Below the pieces are notes generated by a model that searched no databases, was not told the origin of the DNA, and saw nothing but the letters and a program-made list of their open reading frames with translations. Positions 1 to 8,760 of a stretch of 64,000 bases of DNA are shown in pieces. Both the position numbers and the translations under genes were made by a program. Origin of the DNA: an uncultured Phycisphaerales bacterium (GTDB lineage: Bacteria; Planctomycetota; Phycisphaerae; Sedimentisphaerales; Anaerobacaceae); NCBI GenBank assembly GCA_963772725.1, contig CAVYYI010000003.1, positions 512,001 to 576,000 on the forward strand, read 5' to 3'. The first letter of the stretch is position 1. Every line of letters starts with the position of its first letter.

Positions 1-2
1 TC

Positions 3-275
3 GAATCAGGCAGGCTTTACGCCGCCATCTGTGCTTCTCCAGCGGTTGTATTACAGCCTCAGGGTCTGCTCAAAGGCCGCAAAGCCACCTGTCATCCGGC
101 TTTTGTTTCTAAACTTGATAACAAAGATTCCGCTGGTGAGAAAGTCGTTGTGGACAGTACCTGTATCACCAGTCAGGGAGCGGGAACAGCGCTGCCTTTT
201 AGTCTCAAGCTCGTGGAAATTCTTTTTGGTGCAGAAAAAGCGAAAGAAGTCGCTGCCGCCATGGTCACGGACTGA
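3..275 (+). CDS. DJ-1/PfpI (YajL/ThiJ) family protein, C-terminal part (truncated by window start)
   Basis: Frame 3 reads ESGRLYAAICASPAVVL...GRKATCHP...VVVDSTCITSQGAGTALPFSLKLVE, matching the DJ-1 AIC and TSxGxGTA motifs. Not in the ORF track. Confidence 0.85.
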   Translation, partial: ESGRLYAAICASPAVVLQPQGLLKGRKATCHPAFVSKLDNKDSAGEKVVVDSTCITSQGAGTALPFSLKLVEILFGAEKAKEVAAAMVTD

Positions 276-285
276 AAAAATGTGA

Positions 286-347
286 AGAGTCGTTTATGAA
301 GCGTGAAGCGGTTTTTCGAGATACGCTTCACGAAATACGAGATACAA
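286..347. repeat. 7-bp-period palindromic intergenic repeat
   Basis: CGTGAAGCG...CGCTTCACG inverted pair. CGAGATACGCTTCACGAAATACGAGATAC (317-345) recurs at 5770-5798 with one mismatch. Confidence 0.75.
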
Positions 348-371
348 ACACCTCTGCGGTGAAAATACGGA

Positions 372-1694
372 TTAATTTGTTTTTGGGGTTTGTGTAATTT
401 GCCTGGTCAGCTCTGCCAGCAAAGAACGCATTTGGGGGTCGGAACTTTCGGCATCACCAATCTTATTGCAGGCGTGCATGACTGTCGTGTGGTCTCTGCC
501 GCCAAGGTGTCCGCCAATTTCTTCAAGACTGTGCTTAGTCAGGTTTCTCGCCAGGTACATACAAATCTGCCGCGGCTCAGTAACGCTCTGGCTGCGTTTC
601 TTGCTCTGCAGGTCCGCTAATCGCACACCAAAATGTGTTGTTACGACGTTTATAATGTCGGAAATGCTTATATGCTTAGTCGCCGCCTCAATCTGACCCT
701 CAAGAGCGATTTGAGCAAGTTCCAGTGTAATATCCTTCTTCGTTGTCGTGGCGACGGCGTATATTGTTGTCAGTGCGCCTTCCAGCTCACGGATATTAGC
801 CTGCACCTTGCGGGCGATATATTCGGCTACCTCGTTTGAGACGCTCAATCCCCGGAGGTGTGCTTTTTTCCGCACTATTGCCACTCTCGTATCGTGGTCA
901 GGCGGGTCAATCCGCGTAACAAGACCCCAACTGAATCTGCTGATTAGCCTGTCTTCGAGGGAAGGGATTTCCGCCGGCGAGCGGTCTGCGCTTAAAATTA
1001 TTTGCCTGCCATTATTATAGAGAGCGTTAAAAGTATGAAAAAACTCTTCCTGGCTCTGTTCTCGCTCGCGCAAGAACTGTATGTCGTCTATCACAAGCAT
1101 ATCCACGGTGCGAAACTGGTTTTGAAAGCCGGAAAGGTTACCCTGCTCAATAGCGCGTATGAAACGTGTAACAAAATTTTCACAGCTTAAAAACTGAATC
1201 ACCGCTTTTTCGGAACGTTTTTTCATTTCGCTGCAAACAGCCTGGAGAAGATGCGTTTTGCCCAGTCCGGAATTGCCGTAAATAAAAAGCGGGTTGTAGG
1301 TGTTGCCCGGCGACTGACTAACCGCCACACAGCTTGCGTTGGCCAGGCGATTGCTCGGACCAACCACGAAATTATCGAAAGTATAGTCTGGGTGAAGTTT
1401 CAGCACCGGCTCAAGAGCTTCGCCGCGATTAGGAGTGATTTTGCCGGTACCGACTACAAAATCCATACTTACAAGATGCCCGGTTACCTGCTGGGCCGCA
1501 CGGGTGAAAGCGTTTTTGCAGTTATCTCGAAGAAATTGCGCCGTTGCCTCATCAGGGCAGCCGATACGAAGCGAACCGCCGTCAAGATAGATAAGCGTAA
1601 GCTCCTCAAACCATTTGCGCGTATTGACCGGATCGAGCGTTTTTGCACGTTCGACTACGTCAGCGAAAATATTTTCGATTTCGCGAACCGCCAA
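372..1694 (-). CDS. dnaA: Chromosomal replication initiator DnaA
   Basis: YTFDNFVVG, YNPLFIYGNSGLGKTHLL (Walker A), IDDIQF, NIRELEGAL, GGRDHTTVMHA. TTG start after a GGGAGG SD. Confidence 0.97.
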   Translation of the reverse strand: MAVREIENIFADVVERAKTLDPVNTRKWFEELTLIYLDGGSLRIGCPDEATAQFLRDNCKNAFTRAAQQVTGHLVSMDFVVGTGKITPNRGEALEPVLKLHPDYTFDNFVVGPSNRLANASCVAVSQSPGNTYNPLFIYGNSGLGKTHLLQAVCSEMKKRSEKAVIQFLSCENFVTRFIRAIEQGNLSGFQNQFRTVDMLVIDDIQFLREREQSQEEFFHTFNALYNNGRQIILSADRSPAEIPSLEDRLISRFSWGLVTRIDPPDHDTRVAIVRKKAHLRGLSVSNEVAEYIARKVQANIRELEGALTTIYAVATTTKKDITLELAQIALEGQIEAATKHISISDIINVVTTHFGVRLADLQSKKRSQSVTEPRQICMYLARNLTKHSLEEIGGHLGGRDHTTVMHACNKIGDAESSDPQMRSLLAELTRQITQTPKTN

Positions 1695-1830
1695 AATAAA
1701 ATCCTCCCTGAATAATTGCCCTATCTAAACTATTGATAAAAAAACAAAACGTCCTTGCTTCTGTAAATCTCAAAGAAACCGTCCTCTTACATTCGCTCCG
1801 GGTATTTTTAGTACCGACGCGGTGTCGAGA

Positions 1831-1859
1831 AATCTAACCTTCTTTTTTTGTTTTGTCAA
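1831..1859 (-). promoter_or_regulatory. sigma70-like promoter of dnaA
   Basis: TTGACA-17 nt-TAGATT on the minus strand upstream of dnaA. Confidence 0.6.
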
Positions 1860-1949
1860 AGAAAATCATCCGCATATCAGGGAATAAGATTAAAAAATTC
1901 AAACATAGGGTATCTTTGTGTGATAATTCAAACCTTTTTAGCATCTATA

Positions 1950-2559
1950 CTAAAGTATAGCCGCTATTGTATTGCTTGGCAGGCTTTGCCCTGCTGTATT
2001 AACCGCCTTTACCCGATATTCGAGGTTTATCCCCTTCGACTGATTTGAAAGAGTGATTTGGGTCTTATATGAGGCTGCTGATTAAAAGCCATTGACTTAA
2101 TTGGCTGTTTGTCTGGTTTTGACGCCTCTCGATAATATAGTTTCTTACGATGCCGGTTAAGGGCCTGTCCCATTTTAACTGTACGGCTGTTTCTTTTATA
2201 GTCCCGATTCTTAAATTCAGCGGCTGAGAGGGAATCCCGGCAGGCGAAGAATTCGATTTAACTCCCCAGCCGATAAACGATAATTTTTCCGGATTATTTC
2301 TCGTATCGACCTCGGATAGCCTCAGGTCTTTTTTCATTATTTCGCAAAGCTCAGTAAATCGCTTTTCCTTTCTCACCGCTTCAAGATGCGCCTTTGTCTT
2401 TTTATTAAACATCGTATTTCTCGCCGTAACGTAATCACGGTAGCGGAAGAATAGATTCATTTTATTAATGCTCGGAAAATCTTCCCCATAGGTGAAATAG
2501 GCGTTTATCATTCTTGCTGCCAGATGAAAAATATCAGCTTGTCTTGTCGGAAAAATCAT
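1950..2559 (-). CDS. Helical N-domain + fibronectin type III domain protein, paralog 2 (frameshift near 2070)
   Basis: MIFPTRQADI...LKWDRP..VRNYIIERR continues in another frame as ...INLEYRVKAVNTAGQSLPSNTIAAIL*. Confidence 0.75.
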
Positions 2560-2740
2560 ATTTCGTCGCTCGTTTCTCGTCTCTCGTCGCTCGCACAATA
2601 GTTTTTAGTTTTAAGTTATAAGTTTTTATTATTGCTCCCCCGCAGTTTCCCGCAGGGGTTTTTGAATAAGCCACAGAGTTCACGGAGAACACAGAGAAAT
2701 ATATTTAAACAGTGTAAATCTGTGTCTTTTTCGTTTTAAC

Positions 2741-3357
2741 TCAGGGTAACACAACACTAACACTGTTGCTCGGCATGCTTTCCCCCGAAATATTCGCAGC
2801 TTTAACGCGATATTCGAGACGGACGTTTTCCGGCTGTTCGATAAGGTTTATTTCGCAGTTGTAGGAAGTACCGGCGAAAATCCATTCACTGAATTCGCCG
2901 CCCTGCGCCTGCTGGCGTCTTTCGACGGTGTAATTTCGCACGGCACCGCCTGTTTCCGGTCTTAGCCATTTAAGACCGATTGAACCCAGTGATTCGAATA
3001 CGGGGTGAAGTTCGGTCGGTGAGCTGGGGGCTAAGATTGGCTGAGGCTGTTGCCTGGGGCCCAGCCTATTTCGACGAGTTTCTCCGGGTCGGATGTTACA
3101 TCGACCTCGGAGACCTTCAAATCGTTTTTCATCAGCGAAACAAGCTCATCGAGTTTTTCATCCTTTGTCGCCGTCGCAATCTGAGCCTGACCGTCGGCGT
3201 TTTCCTGTGTTTGCTTTTGATTCTTGTACGCGGTCAGAGCGGTCGTTAAATCGGCGACGGTAACGGAAGGAAAATCTGCTCCGTGCGCGGTGTAACCGGC
3301 GACCATTTGCTCAGCGAGAGCGACAACATCGTTTTCTTTTGTTGGAAACTTTGGCAT
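2741..3357 (-). CDS. Helical N-domain + fibronectin type III domain protein, paralog 1 (frameshift near 3060)
   Basis: MPKFPTKEND...IGW joins PRQQPQP...LKWLRP..VRNYTVERR...EYRVKAANISGESMPSN after one frameshift. AAGGAGG SD. Confidence 0.8.
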
Positions 3358-4070
3358 TTTTATGCCTCCTTAAATAAGAGTTAGTAAATATTTACTTGCA
3401 TTTCACTATGAAACGCAAGATAGCCTTTAGCGTATTGCGTAGGGCGTATAGTTATTTCCGAATTTTTCACCACGAATGGACACGGTTGTCCTTTATCGTC
3501 GTGCGTCGTTCGTGAAGCGTGATGTGTCGAATACAGAAAAATCAAATAACGCAAATACGCAATACTCACGACGCAAAACGGATTAATCGGAAATCCAAAA
3601 TTATTTCTGCCCCCAAAGGATGCCAATCAAGTCTGTTTTATAATCTATTTATCAATTTATTCTAATACTTCTTTATCCCCATCTTATTTTAATAAATGCC
3701 TAATCGGAAAAGGAAAGAGGCATCTTTAATAAAAAATGAAAAAAATAAAAAATTTTTAATTAACCACGAATTAACACAGAAAAACGCAGATTATGAAAAA
3801 ATAAGGTATTGCGGCTTGCCTATTTTAACATTTTTCGTAAAAATTAAAGATTTTTTAAAAAATTGTAATATTTATGCCACATTTTATTAAAGAAATACGC
3901 CTTTACTAAGGAGGGGGTGTTATGCGCAAATTTTCCAAGTAAATTAAGTTATAGGAAATATTAAAATATTCAGAATATTTTTGTTGATAATAACCATGAC
4001 TGAATTATACTCTTGAAAAAAGCGGATATGGAAAAAAACTTTAAGGCGGGATTTTCTAAGGAGTAAGGTC

Positions 4071-5726
4071 ATGTTCATAAAAAGAATCTCAATCGCGTCG
4101 GCGGTGTTTGGCCTGCTATTAATCCAGTTAAACACAAACGGATTTGCGGATACAACAGAGCAGTTCAAGCAGGCATCTGCCTGTATCAAGAACAAGAACT
4201 ACCAAAAAGCTGAACAAATATATCTGGCCATTGAGGCTAATTGTCCAGATGGCAACGATGCTATCAAGGCACAGAAGGAATTGGTAATTGTCTATATCTC
4301 AATCAAAGATGAAGCAAAGGCACAATCAGCATACAATAAATTAACCGCTGATTTCAATGAGCATCCGCGTTTACCATCGGTGCTTTACCCGATTGCAGGG
4401 AAATATGAATCGTATGGGGTAAGAAAATATGAAAAGGCAACTGATGTCTATCAGTATATAATACAAAAGTATCCTGCTAGCCCTGCGGCCCAAAAGGCGC
4501 GGTTTGATATTCCCAAGGTAAACGTTCTATCTCTTATAAATGAAAACAAAGACACAGAAGCTCAATCGGCTGTTGACGGCTTAATCACTGATTTTAATGA
4601 TTATCCGCTGTTGCAGCCAACCCTTTACAATATTGCGCAAGGCTATGAAAGGGCCAAGAAATATGAACTGGCAAAAGGTATTTACCAGAAAATAGTTCAG
4701 CATTATCCTACAAATACCTACGCTGATAAATCTAAACTCAATATCGATAAGATTGACGGCATATTGCTTATTCAGGAAAAGGATACTGCACAGGCGGATT
4801 TATCGGTAAATAAACTCATTTCCGATTACAATAACAATGCCGATTTGCCTGCGATGCTGTATCAGGTCGCTATCCAATATGGCAAGAACAGGGAATTCGA
4901 TAAGGCAAAAACGCTTTATGCAAAACTTATTGCGGATTATCCCGGCTCAACTGTTGCGGCATCATCGAAACGGCAACTCGTAAGTCTGGGCGTAATCTTC
5001 AAGGATGCAAACGAGGTACAGCACGCCTTTACAAGCCTGATGGCTGATATTAACGATGGTAACGGTGTATCAAAGCAGATTTTCGCTGTCGGTGAACAGT
5101 ATTATCTCAGGGCGCAAAGCTGTGAGAAGAGAGGCGATGCAAACGGCACAAAGACAAATTTCGCAAAGGCTGCGCAGATTTGGGAAGAGATAATCAAAAG
5201 GCCTGTAAAATCCATTATCACTGCCGACGCGTATTATTTCGGGGCGTATTGCTATCTGCGGATTGGGGAATATGACAAGGCCATCGCATACTGGCAGAAA
5301 ATCGTTGCCGATTATCCTGATTATCAATACGCATGGCATGCGCAGCAACGAATCGGCAACTGTTACACAACAATGGCTAATAAGGGACTCATCACAGAAG
5401 AGCAGGCAAAGGCCGGATTCGAGGATGCGTATAAACAGCTTCTTGAAAAATATCCCGATTGTACGGCGGCCAAAAGGGTTTCCGGTACGCTTGCCTCGCT
5501 CAATTTCAAAAACGGCCTATGGGAAAACGCGGCCAAGTATTTTGAGGTGCATCTGGAATATTTCAAGGATGAACCACGACCTACGGATGTTGTTCTAAGG
5601 CTCGCTCAATGTTATGAAAAGCTGGGCAATATTGAAATGGCGGGAAAATATTACAGCGAGTATATCCAATTAGCCAACCTTGATGAGGCAGACATAAGAG
5701 CGATGGAGCAGAGACTATCTAAATAA
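4071..5726 (+). CDS. Exported tetratricopeptide repeat protein
   Basis: Signal peptide and repeated A..LY.IA..Y......KA...Y..II..YP TPR units. Confidence 0.9.
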   Translation: MFIKRISIASAVFGLLLIQLNTNGFADTTEQFKQASACIKNKNYQKAEQIYLAIEANCPDGNDAIKAQKELVIVYISIKDEAKAQSAYNKLTADFNEHPRLPSVLYPIAGKYESYGVRKYEKATDVYQYIIQKYPASPAAQKARFDIPKVNVLSLINENKDTEAQSAVDGLITDFNDYPLLQPTLYNIAQGYERAKKYELAKGIYQKIVQHYPTNTYADKSKLNIDKIDGILLIQEKDTAQADLSVNKLISDYNNNADLPAMLYQVAIQYGKNREFDKAKTLYAKLIADYPGSTVAASSKRQLVSLGVIFKDANEVQHAFTSLMADINDGNGVSKQIFAVGEQYYLRAQSCEKRGDANGTKTNFAKAAQIWEEIIKRPVKSIITADAYYFGAYCYLRIGEYDKAIAYWQKIVADYPDYQYAWHAQQRIGNCYTTMANKGLITEEQAKAGFEDAYKQLLEKYPDCTAAKRVSGTLASLNFKNGLWENAAKYFEVHLEYFKDEPRPTDVVLRLAQCYEKLGNIEMAGKYYSEYIQLANLDEADIRAMEQRLSK

Positions 5727-5728
5727 CT

Positions 5729-5803
5729 TATAGCGTAGAGCGTACAGCGTTTAGCGTAAAGTTATTTTACGAGATACGCTTCACGAGATACGAGATACGA
5801 AAT
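5729..5803. repeat. 7-bp-period palindromic intergenic repeat
   Basis: TAGCGTAGAGCGTACAGCGTTTAGCGTA arm followed by TACGAGATACGCTTCACGAGATACGAGATACGA arm. Confidence 0.8.
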
Positions 5804-5820
5804 AAAATGGAGAAAATGCT

Positions 5821-7365
5821 ATGGAAAGAATAAAGTTTAAAACTGTAACCGGCATTATGATTTGTCTTTTGTTATTAAGTATTAATCAAAAATCTGTTAT
5901 CGCATGTCTGCCCGACCCGCCAGAATGTTATACTGATTACGAATGCAACGGTGCTCTCCTTGAATGCATGTCCTGCGTATTTGGTGAATGTGTTAGTGAT
6001 AATTCCAAATGTACAGGTGACTGCGATGAATGTTTCGGCGGTTTATGTGTGGAGACAAGTCCCGACCCTTGTCCCGGCTGTCAGACCTGCGACGGCACAA
6101 ACTGTCAGGACGATAATTCAAAATGTACAGGGCTTTGTGAGATGTGTAGCGGCGGAGCTTGCGTAACCGACCCTGCTATATGCACCGGCGAATGCGAAAC
6201 ATGCGAGGGCGATATCTGTGTGGACGATGATACAAAATGCACAGGTGAATGCAAGGTATGCAACAGCGGCACGTGCGAGGATGACGATACTTTATGCCCC
6301 GGCGATTGCGATGAATGTTCCGGCGGTTCATGTGTACCGACAAGTCCCGACCCTTGTCCGGGATGCAAAAGCTGCGACGGCACAAACTGTCAGGACGATA
6401 ACACTAAATGTACTATTTGTCAGACATGCAGCAATGGCACGTGTGTACCCAAGACAAATACCTGCGATAACTGCAATAATCACGGCGCTTCCTGTGCCAA
6501 GACTCCCGGAACATATTGCGTCGGCGATGCAATTACAGCAGGCACTATTACGGCACCTGCAGATAACTCGAACGTTGATTCGGGCGATACAATTGAATTG
6601 ACGGCTACCGCCGGCAGCGATTCGGATTGTTATTATTATACAAGTGCTGATGGCTGCTTTACATGCTCCGATAGTGAAGATGATACAATAGATGATGATA
6701 TATCTTGGAGTGCGGTTTTTGAAGGGACTACTGACCCTGCGGGTTCTTTTCCTTCAGGTGATTGGGGAGAATCAGCTCAGTGGGAAGCACCAAAAGTTTG
6801 TGAAGATAGAAATGTGGTGATTACTGCGACATGGAATGACCCCGGGTCTATGTATCCTTATGACTCTTCTGTTTCTCATGCTCATACGGTAAATATCGTA
6901 GCAGATACTTCACCCGGAAATTGGACAAAATTATATGCCGGTTTTAATTGTCCTGCCACTAATTGCAATAGTATTAACGGCGACCCTAAGGAAGTACCCG
7001 ATGAATGTAATAACAAAGTGTCAATATCATGCGGTCCTCAGTGTTATTACATTTATTTTTATAATAGTTCTAATGCTGGTTCGTGTATTTGGCATAATGG
7101 TTTAAATGCTTGGCAATACAGAAAAACTTCAGGTTCAGGCAAGAAACGGTTCCATTCTACTAGACATGCTACACAGCACAATTGTAATAATAACCCACAA
7201 ACATGTGGGGAAGGATGTGCTGGCTATTACTGTTGGAAAATAACATATTGGGATTGTTTAAATGACCAGATAGATGGTTCGCCTGAATGGCGTAAAAGTA
7301 CAACTGATCCAACTGAGGATGAGTTATTTACTTCTGGTACAAGCCATACGTGCGCAGGCCCATAA
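5821..7365 (+). CDS. Secreted cysteine-rich repeat protein
   Basis: Signal peptide, about nine 18-22 aa units of C-x-G-x-C-x2-C-x4-C, an Ig/PKD-like middle region and a Cys/Trp-rich C-terminal domain. Confidence 0.85.
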   Translation: MERIKFKTVTGIMICLLLLSINQKSVIACLPDPPECYTDYECNGALLECMSCVFGECVSDNSKCTGDCDECFGGLCVETSPDPCPGCQTCDGTNCQDDNSKCTGLCEMCSGGACVTDPAICTGECETCEGDICVDDDTKCTGECKVCNSGTCEDDDTLCPGDCDECSGGSCVPTSPDPCPGCKSCDGTNCQDDNTKCTICQTCSNGTCVPKTNTCDNCNNHGASCAKTPGTYCVGDAITAGTITAPADNSNVDSGDTIELTATAGSDSDCYYYTSADGCFTCSDSEDDTIDDDISWSAVFEGTTDPAGSFPSGDWGESAQWEAPKVCEDRNVVITATWNDPGSMYPYDSSVSHAHTVNIVADTSPGNWTKLYAGFNCPATNCNSINGDPKEVPDECNNKVSISCGPQCYYIYFYNSSNAGSCIWHNGLNAWQYRKTSGSGKKRFHSTRHATQHNCNNNPQTCGEGCAGYYCWKITYWDCLNDQIDGSPEWRKSTTDPTEDELFTSGTSHTCAGP

Positions 7366-7419
7366 TTAAACCAATAAATAACAAATATAAGAATGAACAA
7401 AAAATTAAGGAGTTAAATT

Positions 7420-8727
7420 ATGTTACGAAATCACAATTCATTATTTTATAATATGTTTATTTGTATAATTATTTTTTCTTCGCGTCTTTGCGTTGGTAAT
7501 AATCTCGGACAAGAGGGCTATGAAAACAAGGCTATAGGTGGAATTGTAACTACCCAATATCAGTTTAAAGGCGTAGCATCGGGTGGTATATTAACAATTG
7601 CAGAGACGTTTAACCGAAATGCTAGGTTTATTTCTATTGAGACCCAAGCCGGAGAATCAGCAGAATCAGTTGCTAAAAGATTTGCAGACACGATTAATCG
7701 TTTCGATCCGTTTGAATGGGGGATAACCCTTGATAATACCCCAGTTAGCAGTTCTGCGGCAGTTTTGAAGGGTTTACTTGGGAATAAGACTAGTTATATG
7801 TTTACTGGTTCTGAAATAGGACTAGGTATTCCTGAACCTCCTACTTCAGTTAGCTGTTCTTATGACCAAGATAAAAATCAGATAATAGTAAACTGGCTCA
7901 ATATGCGTAGCGGATATGATTATATTGCAATTCTAATGAACTGGCATAATTATGATCGAGCAGGTGGCGGGAGAGTGTCAGGCCAATTAACAAATTTTAC
8001 TATTGCAAGAAATAGCTATCAACAGCCGATAGATTTAAATGACTTAGATGTTTGGGTTATTGGTGTTAAAGATGGCTTACCATCGAATGCGGGTGCTGTT
8101 CACATAGGCAATAACGGCAAAACTCAGGAAGAACGTTACGGGATTCCCTTTAAGAATGATGTTGTACCCAACTGGCAAAAATGGTCTTACGGGGCAGTTT
8201 CAAATGGAAAACATATTTTATCTTGTACAGATGAAATTCTTACTGTTGTAAAGGGTAAAAGCTATAATTCGATTAAAACTGCTGACTCCAAACCATTTAA
8301 GCAAGTTCTAAAAACTCTTGGTAATGATGGTTCATTGGGTATTTGGCGAAAATTCCTGGGACTTGTTCCGGGGCATACTTACAGAATAACTGCACGGCTT
8401 AATACTCTGACAATGGACCCGAATAATCCTAACTGGTCATTTTCCTTACATGCCGTACCGGATGATCCAAAGGGCACAATTCCGACTGCTCAACAATTTG
8501 CAGGTTTAGAATCTATGCCTAATGGAAGCAAAGGATTTGATGTGGGCAAAGTCGTTAAATATGAAGGGAAAGCAACAACGAAGAATAAGTTTGAAGAAAG
8601 TTCGGCTGATATTACTTTGCCGGAAAATGTTACAAGTATTACGGTATGGCTAAGACTTACAGGTAAAGATACAGGTGAGGTATCTTTTGACTGGATAAAA
8701 CTTGAAGATATTACGCCGGAGAAATAG
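7420..8727 (+). CDS. Secreted hypothetical protein (FN3-like and CBM-like beta-sandwich segments)
   Basis: Signal peptide. PEPPTSVSC..IIVNW and GLVPGHTYRI...ITVWLR..FDWIKLED patterns. AT-rich. Confidence 0.7.
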   Translation: MLRNHNSLFYNMFICIIIFSSRLCVGNNLGQEGYENKAIGGIVTTQYQFKGVASGGILTIAETFNRNARFISIETQAGESAESVAKRFADTINRFDPFEWGITLDNTPVSSSAAVLKGLLGNKTSYMFTGSEIGLGIPEPPTSVSCSYDQDKNQIIVNWLNMRSGYDYIAILMNWHNYDRAGGGRVSGQLTNFTIARNSYQQPIDLNDLDVWVIGVKDGLPSNAGAVHIGNNGKTQEERYGIPFKNDVVPNWQKWSYGAVSNGKHILSCTDEILTVVKGKSYNSIKTADSKPFKQVLKTLGNDGSLGIWRKFLGLVPGHTYRITARLNTLTMDPNNPNWSFSLHAVPDDPKGTIPTAQQFAGLESMPNGSKGFDVGKVVKYEGKATTKNKFEESSADITLPENVTSITVWLRLTGKDTGEVSFDWIKLEDITPEK

Positions 8728-8760
8728 TTTTAGGCATTTAATTTTTAGGAGAATTTTATT

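Noticed and set aside
3360..4070. oriC at the AT-rich strand-switch region near dnaA
   Set aside because: Only isolated one-mismatch boxes (TTATCCCCA, TGTTGATAA). Explained adequately as divergent promoters.
5951..6450. Multiheme cytochrome, or diversity-generating retroelement TR/VR pair
   Set aside because: The CxxC motifs within the repeat units lack the following His. The duplicated DNA does not differ specifically at adenines, and no reverse transcriptase is present.
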